The notes under the pieces: generated by a model
Told to the model about the DNA's origin: nothing
The model's input: only the letters and a program-made list of their open reading frames with translations
Database searches by the model: none
Position numbers and translations under genes: made by a program
In this document: in pieces, positions 23,546 to 29,406 of the stretch
Layout of the letters: the number at the start of each line of letters is the position of its first letter
How positions within the stretch are numbered: position 1 is the stretch's first letter
Assembly (NCBI GenBank): GCA_964522265.1
Contig: CAZFVS010000002.1
Coordinates: forward strand, 5,577 to 34,982
Direction: 5' to 3'
From: an uncultured Gammaproteobacteria bacterium
GTDB taxonomy: Bacteria > Patescibacteriota > Microgenomatia > Daviesbacterales > UBA10151
DNA length: 29,406 bases

Positions 23546-24392
23546 AATAGGAGGTGATTGCCTTGTAGATCTCCTGTATTCTTTCGTTGGTTGCCTCAGG
23601 CTGACCATCAAATCTAATCTCAAGCTTAGCTGTTGTACCCGTTAAAACATACCTTACTTTTACAGAATTTCCACCACCTGATATCGTATTCCTGAGCCCC
23701 TCTTCGATTCTGTCTATATCTTCACTGATTATTCTCATAGCATCAGTGTTCGAACCTTTCTTAGGACCAATACCATGCCTAGATCTCATCTTCCTAACTA
23801 ATTCCTCAGTCCCTCGAACCGAAAGATTAAGTCGTAAAACTTCTTTATATGCCTCAATAATAAGATGAGGATCCTCAAGTGCTGATAGCGCTCTAACATG
23901 ACCTTCTGTAGTTTGCCCGGACATGAGGGCATCTTTTAAGGCATCAGGCAGTGTTAAAAGCCTGATTGTATTTGAGATGTAAGAAGGACTTTTAGAAACC
24001 CTTTGTGAAATTTCTGCATTAGTCAGGTTAAATTCATCCATCAATCTTTTATAAGCTTGAGCCCGTTCCAGTGGGTTTAAGTCAATTCTCTGAACATTCT
24101 CCACAATTGACATCTCAAGCATCCCTTGAGGTGTTGTTTCTTTAATAATAACCGGCACTTTTACCAACCCAGCCAGTCTTGCAGCCCGCCAACGTCTCTC
24201 TCCGGCTATAATTTGGAATCCTGCTGGAGTTTTCGCCACCACTATCGGTTCCAAAATCCCATGTTCCCTTATGGATTCTGCAAGCTCGGCTAAGGATTCC
24301 GGAGTGATCAGCCCGCGAGGCTGTAGGGGATTTGCTTGCAGAAGACCTATCTCTAATTCAAAAATCCGTTCGTCCTCGTTATCCATTGGCAT
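23526..24392 (-). CDS. parB: ParB/Spo0J-family partition protein
   Basis: LQPR...GILEPIVV...[16 protein letters not shown] (ParB N-terminal box), followed by the HTH segment [25 protein letters not shown]. Confidence 0.88.
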   Translation of the reverse strand: MPMDNEDERIFELEIGLLQANPLQPRGLITPESLAELAESIREHGILEPIVVAKTPAGFQIIAGERRWRAARLAGLVKVPVIIKETTPQGMLEMSIVENVQRIDLNPLERAQAYKRLMDEFNLTNAEISQRVSKSPSYISNTIRLLTLPDALKDALMSGQTTEGHVRALSALEDPHLIIEAYKEVLRLNLSVRGTEELVRKMRSRHGIGPKKGSNTDAMRIISEDIDRIEEGLRNTISGGGNSVKVRYVLTGTTAKLEIRFDGQPEATNERIQEIYKAITSYFNSLGS

Positions 24393-24636
24393 TTATTATA
24401 TTAATCCTCATTTTACCTAGTTGTTTTTTAAAAACTACTTTACCGGATTCAACTGCATATATTGTGAAGTCTCTGCCGAGCTTAGTTCCAACCCCGGAAT
24501 AAAATTTATTCCCTTTTTGGCGCACAATAATATTCCCGGGAGAAACATTCTCGCCGCCATATCTTTTAACACCCAATCTTTTGGAGATTGAGTCCCGGTT
24601 TGTTTTAGCTGTTGATCCTGCTTTTTTATGTGCCAT
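24379..24636 (-). CDS. rpmA: 50S ribosomal protein L27
   Basis: [45 protein letters not shown]... is the canonical L27 sequence, with no N-terminal propeptide. Confidence 0.97.
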   Translation of the reverse strand: MAHKKAGSTAKTNRDSISKRLGVKRYGGENVSPGNIIVRQKGNKFYSGVGTKLGRDFTIYAVESGKVVFKKQLGKMRINIINANG

Positions 24637-24680
24637 GATTTCATTTAGAATATATACTCTGTGAAAACATATGTCAACAT

Positions 24681-24818
24681 CCTGATTCGTAACTATTCAG
24701 TGTTTCCCAGAATTACTTCTTTGTCATCCCGGACTTGATCCGGGATCCATCTTTTTAGGATGGATTCCCGCTTCCGCGGGAATGACATTGAGAAGAACTA
24801 ATTAGTTACCCTGATTCG
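24681..24818. mobile_element. MITE-like insertion (about 119 bp) with 9-bp direct repeats, in the rplU-rpmA spacer
   Basis: CCTGATTCG occurs at 24681-24689 and 24810-24818. The termini are TAACTA (24690-24695) and TAGTTA (24803-24808). Two inverted GTCAT-hairpin units lie inside, at 24723-24747 and 24763-24786. Confidence 0.6.
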
Positions 24819-24828
24819 ACCTAAATAA

Positions 24829-25161
24829 TCAAACCTCGGTTCTATCTTTCTTTTCATGGTCTGTCAGGCTGAGTTTGACTGTAGACGTCAAATAAACACC
24901 CCCCTTAACTTTTCTGGTATTGGCTTTTGCTTTATAAGTAGCAACCCGTATTTTTTTTACTTTTCGATTATTTAACACATCAAAGCTAAGTTTTTCTTTG
25001 AGGTACGGTTTCCCGATGGAAATACTATTCATATCAGCTAAAAGCAACACTTTTTCACACTCAAAAGTCTTAATATCACCCAGATAATTAACCTCTAAAG
25101 AGGTATCAGGGAAAACATCATATTGCTTACCGGCAATTTCAACCACTGCATATTTAAACAT
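24829..25161 (-). CDS. rplU: 50S ribosomal protein L21
   Basis: MFKYAVVEIAGKQYDV... is the canonical L21 N-terminus. It lies upstream of rpmA, as in most bacteria. Confidence 0.95.
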   Translation of the reverse strand: MFKYAVVEIAGKQYDVFPDTSLEVNYLGDIKTFECEKVLLLADMNSISIGKPYLKEKLSFDVLNNRKVKKIRVATYKAKANTRKVKGGVYLTSTVKLSLTDHEKKDRTEV

Positions 25162-25178
25162 AATGCTTAATTTTACAA

Positions 25179-26228
25179 CTACAGACCAAAGGTGTCAATT
25201 TTTGTTTTCTTTGAGCCGTATCTGGCTACCGAAGACACTAAGCCAATTGCCATTAAAGTCGACGCAATTGAACTGCCGCCATAAGACAAGAGAGGCAGTG
25301 TGATACCGGTAATAGGTAAAAGCCCCACGTTCATGCCGATATTGACAGTTATCTGGAAAAAAAGCATAGCAATTACCCCAACTACAACCAGTTCCCCAAA
25401 ACAGTCTGACACATTTGATAAAATTTTAAAACAGACATAAAAAATTATGCCATATAAAACAATAACTATCAGTGACCCCAAAAAACCCAACTCTTCTGCA
25501 ATAAAAGCGAAAATAAAATCCGTTCTAAATTCTGGTAAAAATTGCAAACGCGATTGGGTGCCTCTCCCTAAACCTCTGCCTAAAAGTTGACCTGAACCGA
25601 CTGCTATTGTTGATTGAATAACATGGAAACCGATTCCTTGAGGATCTTGTGTGGGCTCCAAAAAGCCAAATATTCTTTGCCTTTGGTAATCCTGTAAACT
25701 AAACCAGATGAGCGGAATAAACAGTAAGAATATTAAAACCAGGGTGAATATTTTTATTGGTGCAGCGTGCGTTACCACCAGTAAACTAATCCAGATGAAA
25801 CCCATTGTTATTGCTGTCCCTAAATCCGGTTGGCGGAAAATTAACAGACTAATTGGAATTAGAATCCCCAAACTTTTAATAATATTTATCCAATTTGGCG
25901 GGTTTTTTGTCCAAAATCGGGCCAGTGTTAAAATAAGTATAGGTTTTGCAAATTCTGAAGGTTGGAAATTAAAGGGACCAATGGGTATCCAACGTATAAC
26001 ACCTCTTGTTTCAATACCAACAATAAATGTAAGAACCAGGAGTAATACGATAGCAATATATAGAGGTTTTATCAACTGCAACAATGACCTATAGTCAAAG
26101 ATACGCAGTAATGCATATAACCCAAACCCTACAGCTCCAAAGAAAAGTTGCTGAAAAGCCAATACCGTATTAGATGAGTATATAACTGCTATACTTAGAC
26201 AGAATAAAAGAAGAGCTGCAACTATCAT
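25179..26228 (-). CDS. SEDS-family peptidoglycan glycosyltransferase (FtsW/RodA)
   Basis: About 10 TM helices. Motifs RWIPIGPFNFQPSEFAKP, PDLGTA, EFRTDFIFAFIAEELGF and GITLPLLSYGGSS. Confidence 0.9.
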   Translation of the reverse strand: MIVAALLLFCLSIAVIYSSNTVLAFQQLFFGAVGFGLYALLRIFDYRSLLQLIKPLYIAIVLLLVLTFIVGIETRGVIRWIPIGPFNFQPSEFAKPILILTLARFWTKNPPNWINIIKSLGILIPISLLIFRQPDLGTAITMGFIWISLLVVTHAAPIKIFTLVLIFLLFIPLIWFSLQDYQRQRIFGFLEPTQDPQGIGFHVIQSTIAVGSGQLLGRGLGRGTQSRLQFLPEFRTDFIFAFIAEELGFLGSLIVIVLYGIIFYVCFKILSNVSDCFGELVVVGVIAMLFFQITVNIGMNVGLLPITGITLPLLSYGGSSIASTLMAIGLVSSVARYGSKKTKIDTFGL

Positions 26229-29125
26229 TTGGATAATTTTTTGATTCCCAAGGCTTTTGACTTATTGATTTTAACTGCAACTGTAGATTGCAGAATCATC
26301 CGTTCATATTCTTTAGGCCAACCCAAAGCTGCTATTTCAATTTGATCCGATAAAGTAAGCCCAGAATCCTTTCTCAGTTGTTGGATCTCTCTGATAAGTT
26401 CTCTTGCTTCACCCTCCTTTTTTAGATCTTGCGTAATTTTTGTATCCAACTTTACCTTAAGGATTTTTTTTGGAGATTTTTTGTGTTCAATTTGCTTAAC
26501 ATTTAACTCTCCCTTAAGGAGTGTTTCTAATTCAGGATTCAGTTTCACCGATGAGTAATATATAATTTTTTGCAGAGGCTGTCTGAGTTTAATTTGTGCT
26601 TTTTTTCTTTCGGCATGTCCCTGTTCTGCAATGACCCTAACCCACTTCATCCCTTCAATAAGTTCATCATTTAATAATTTTTTATCTCCAAGAGGATAAC
26701 TTGTTAAATGAACCGATAAATCACCAGTTAGCTTTTTGTAAATCTCTTCAGAAATAAACGGCATAAAGGGGGCCAGGAGTTTTGATAAGGTAACAAGGTT
26801 GCCATACAACACACCTAAAACTAAATTCTTATCTCTGGAATCAGCCAAAGGCCCAACCCTATCCCTAACTCTCCTAATGTACCATGTTGACAGATCGTTC
26901 TCTACAAATTCTTCAATCGCCCTCGAAGCTGTTGCAGCATCATAGTTTTCCAATGAGGAGTTTGCTTTTAAAACTACTTCAGTCAACCTTGCCAAAATCC
27001 ATTTTTCCAGTACTGTTTCTTTCCCTCTTTTAAGTTCACAGGTCCAATTCTCAATATTTGCCCTATCAATAAAAAATTTGTAACAATTCCATAAAATTAA
27101 ATAGAACCTTCTCCTGATATCATCGGTTACATTAAATCCAAATTTTAAATCGATCTCCGGATTTGCAGTAACATAAAGCCATCTCATCACATCTACACCA
27201 CATTTTTCAGCTGCTTCATTAAACTCAATTGCATTTCCAGTAGACTTATGCATCGGTTTTCCAAACTCATCCACAACGTTTCCAAAACCTAAAATATTCT
27301 CGAAGGGATTGGTCTGCTTTAAACCGGTGCTCATAGTAAGCAGGGAGTAAAACCAGTTTTTAAACTGGCCCGGGAATCCTTCTGTTATAAAATCAGCAGG
27401 AAACCATTCTTTTGTCATAGTTGAGAAAGGCACAATACCTGCATCAAGCCATGGATTGCCCACATCAGGAATTCGGGTAATAACTTCACTGCATTTTGAA
27501 CAGTTTATTTTCACCTGGTCAATCCAGGGCCTGTGAGGAGTATGTCCTGCAAATTCTTTCCAGCCCTCAACAGCTCTAGCTTTTAGTTCATCTTTACTGC
27601 CAATAACTTCAAAATTACCGCACTTTTTACACTCCCAGATTGGCAAGGTTAAACCCCAAAATCTTTTCTTGGAAATTAACCAATCGTGCATATTATTTAA
27701 CCAATCCAGCTCCCGGTCCAAAGCCCATTTAGGTTTCCAATTAATCTTTTTAGCAACATCTTTTATTCTTTCGCGGTAAGTTTTACCTAACTCATCTTTA
27801 CCGTCCATATTGATATACCACTCATCAACCACTCTCCAAACCAACTCGGTTTTACACCTCCAGCAGGCAGGATAGCGGTGGGTGTATTTTTGGGTTTTCA
27901 GTAAAAATTTTCCTCCATCTTTTTTTTGCAGGTATTCAATAATAATTTCAGGATTTTTCTTAGCATTCAGAGAACTGAATCCGCCTAAGTTTTCCAAATA
28001 GTTTGCCCCCTCATCAATTACCTCTATCACCGGCAACCCCAATTTTTTGCCCAATTGAAAATCTTCAGTCCCGGCACCTGGAGCAACATGAACCATCCCG
28101 GTACCTTCATCTGAACCTACCGGTAGGATCTGCTCCTCTCCCAAAACAACCTGGTGTTTGTACCCTCTCAGTGATTTTTTGACCCTGTCTAGCCCGTCAA
28201 AAGGTCCTACGTATTCCCATCCTGCCATCTTTTTACCCTGTAAAACTTCCGTCTGTTTCTCCCCTGACGGTAAAATTCCATCACTAGTCAATCTGGTTAA
28301 TGTTTTTGCCATTACCCAAAGATGTTCCCCTTTTACCGGGTATTTTATATATTCCTCCTCAAGGTTTACTGCTACTGCCACATTTGCCGGAATTGTCCAT
28401 GGAGTAGTTGTCCAGATTAAAAGATACTCGCCCTCTCTCCCGATAATAGGCAGCTTAAAATAAATTGATTCGTGCGTTAGCTCCTTATAATCCTCAGTCA
28501 AAATTTCATGCTGAGAGATCGCTGTACCGCATCTTGGACACCAGGGTACGCTGTCATATCCTTTATAAAGCCAGCCTTTTTCATGGACAGTTTTTAAGAA
28601 ATTCCATATTGAATAATTATTTATATCTGAAGAGGTATGGTAGGAGTTATCCCAATTCATAAAATAGCCCAGTCTTTTTGACTGTTCTGTTTGAACGCCG
28701 GAATATTTTTTAACACGCTCTTTACAAAGATTGACAAATTTTTCTAAAGATGAGAATTCATTACCGGGGACTAAATTCAAAATATCCTTTTTACTTTTTA
28801 GCCCCAATTCTTTTTCAACCTCCACTTCCACCCAAAGCCCCTGTTCATCAAAACCGTTCTGGAACCTTTGTTTAAATCCCCGCATGTTATACCATCTCTG
28901 CCAAAGGTCTTTATAAGTCCTGCCCCAGGCATGGTGGACGCCCATCGGGTTGTTGGCGGTAATAGGACCATCCAGAAAGGAGAATTTCTTTTCAGATTTT
29001 TGGTTTAGTTTTAAATATTTTTCAACAATTTTATTTTTGTGCCAAAAATCCAAAAGTTCCCGCTCAAGTGCGGGAAAATCAATTTGTGATGAAACACTTT
29101 TAAACATATGGGGATATTTTAACAA
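26225..29125 (-). CDS. ileS: isoleucine--tRNA ligase
   Basis: HIGH-type motif PMGVHHAWG, KMSKS-type motif KPMHKSTGN, an editing-domain insertion, and several CxxC zinc knuckles. The likely true start is ATG at 29107 (MFKSVSSQIDFPALE...). ATGA overlap with the SEDS gene. Confidence 0.95.
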   Translation of the reverse strand: MLKYPHMFKSVSSQIDFPALERELLDFWHKNKIVEKYLKLNQKSEKKFSFLDGPITANNPMGVHHAWGRTYKDLWQRWYNMRGFKQRFQNGFDEQGLWVEVEVEKELGLKSKKDILNLVPGNEFSSLEKFVNLCKERVKKYSGVQTEQSKRLGYFMNWDNSYHTSSDINNYSIWNFLKTVHEKGWLYKGYDSVPWCPRCGTAISQHEILTEDYKELTHESIYFKLPIIGREGEYLLIWTTTPWTIPANVAVAVNLEEEYIKYPVKGEHLWVMAKTLTRLTSDGILPSGEKQTEVLQGKKMAGWEYVGPFDGLDRVKKSLRGYKHQVVLGEEQILPVGSDEGTGMVHVAPGAGTEDFQLGKKLGLPVIEVIDEGANYLENLGGFSSLNAKKNPEIIIEYLQKKDGGKFLLKTQKYTHRYPACWRCKTELVWRVVDEWYINMDGKDELGKTYRERIKDVAKKINWKPKWALDRELDWLNNMHDWLISKKRFWGLTLPIWECKKCGNFEVIGSKDELKARAVEGWKEFAGHTPHRPWIDQVKINCSKCSEVITRIPDVGNPWLDAGIVPFSTMTKEWFPADFITEGFPGQFKNWFYSLLTMSTGLKQTNPFENILGFGNVVDEFGKPMHKSTGNAIEFNEAAEKCGVDVMRWLYVTANPEIDLKFGFNVTDDIRRRFYLILWNCYKFFIDRANIENWTCELKRGKETVLEKWILARLTEVVLKANSSLENYDAATASRAIEEFVENDLSTWYIRRVRDRVGPLADSRDKNLVLGVLYGNLVTLSKLLAPFMPFISEEIYKKLTGDLSVHLTSYPLGDKKLLNDELIEGMKWVRVIAEQGHAERKKAQIKLRQPLQKIIYYSSVKLNPELETLLKGELNVKQIEHKKSPKKILKVKLDTKITQDLKKEGEARELIREIQQLRKDSGLTLSDQIEIAALGWPKEYERMILQSTVAVKINKSKALGIKKLSK

Positions 29126-29159
29126 AAAAGTAAACTTCTAACCAGTTGTAGAGAACTTC

Positions 29160-29216
29160 TCGCTTCGCCTGCCTGACGGTCTTGCCTGTCGGCAGACAGG
29201 CAGTCAGGTTCGAAGA
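29160..29216. repeat. GC-rich imperfect palindrome of about 57 nt
   Basis: CTCGCTTCGCCTGCCTGACGGtcTTGCCTGTCggcaGACAGGCAGTCAGGTTCGAAGAG forms nested hairpins. It sits between the upstream terminator and the ileS start. Confidence 0.6.
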
Positions 29217-29224
29217 GTTAAAAT

Positions 29225-29263
29225 GGAAAAAAGAACCCCCAACCGAATTACTCCGGTTGGGGG
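29225..29263 (-). terminator. strong intrinsic terminator on the minus strand
   Basis: The minus strand reads CCCCCAACCG-gagtaatt-CGGTTGGGGG followed by TTCTTTTTTCC. Confidence 0.8.
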
Positions 29264-29268
29264 CATAC

Positions 29269-29406
29269 CTACGTCTCTTGTGCGTTAGCGGCTACAGAGC
29301 AGGTGACAACAGTGCAGACAAGCTGGTCTGCTTTCATCAGTGAAAGCAAGACAGTTTGTCGTAGCTGTTCAGGAGTTTCCAAAAAGTTATGATGTATCCA
29401 GGTAAG
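29269..29406 (-). CDS. possible 3' end of an unidentified gene that enters from beyond the window
   Basis: This is the only frame open from the window edge. Its 45 codons read ...LTWIHHNFLETPEQLRQTVLLSLMKADQLVCTVVTCSVAANAQET, and the TAG lies 6 nt before the terminator stem. It could instead be a structured RNA. Confidence 0.35.
   Translation of the reverse strand, partial: LTWIHHNFLETPEQLRQTVLLSLMKADQLVCTVVTCSVAANAQET

Noticed and set aside
29331-29350. parS-like palindrome GCTTTCActgaTGAAAGC
   Set aside because: It is a perfect 8-bp inverted repeat, but it does not match the parS consensus (TGTTNCACGTGAAACA), and it lies inside a probable coding frame.
29126-29406. T-box riboswitch upstream of ileS
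   Set aside because: A terminator hairpin and an AUC-containing segment are present. However, the conserved T-box sequence (GGUGGUACCGCG-like, with a UGGN bulge) is absent from the 5' side of the terminator. An open frame also ends 6 nt before the stem, so the hairpin is more simply the terminator of the upstream gene.
1-29406. CRISPR arrays, rRNA genes, reverse transcriptase/retron or DGR features, and alternative genetic code (UGA recoding)
   Set aside because: No regularly spaced repeats, rRNA-like sequence or RT motifs were seen. The long housekeeping ORFs (ileS, SEDS, helicase, recombinase) are uninterrupted under the standard code.

Overview
AT-rich bacterial window read with the standard genetic code (long ORFs are intact, so no UGA recoding). 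The housekeeping genes are small and tightly packed. This suits a reduced-genome Patescibacteria/CPR-type organism, but that lineage call is inference only. There are three blocks. (1) About 1.0-10.4 kb is an integrated mobile element abutting tRNA-Asp(GUC). It carries an XRE regulator, a DUF5659-like gene, a prim-pol, a D5/P4-type primase-helicase, an iteron-like repeat cluster, an unlisted RHH gene and a large serine recombinase whose ORF runs into the antisense of the tRNA. A divergent cargo module holds two exported proteins, a macro-like protein, a TerS-like HTH protein and a two-gene cassette of unknown function. No capsid, tail, large terminase or lysis genes are visible. (2) About 10.5-14.4 kb is an accessory stretch. 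It holds a LysM protein, a GIY-YIG gene with an in-frame TAA bracketed by GTCAT hairpin repeats, a small protein with a double-glycine-like leader, tRNA-Gly(CCC) preceded by a 20-nt duplicate of its own 5' end, a methyltransferase and an M23 peptidase. (3) About 14.4-22.9 kb is a glycan cluster lying between tRNA-Thr and tRNA-Val, with 3 GT2 enzymes, a GT-C enzyme, Wzm/Wzt and a MOP flippase. It is followed by lepB and a minus-strand housekeeping operon, ileS-SEDS(FtsW/RodA)-rplU-rpmA-parB. The rplU-rpmA spacer contains a MITE-like insertion with a 9-bp target duplication. Hand-derived coordinates may be off by 1-2 nt.
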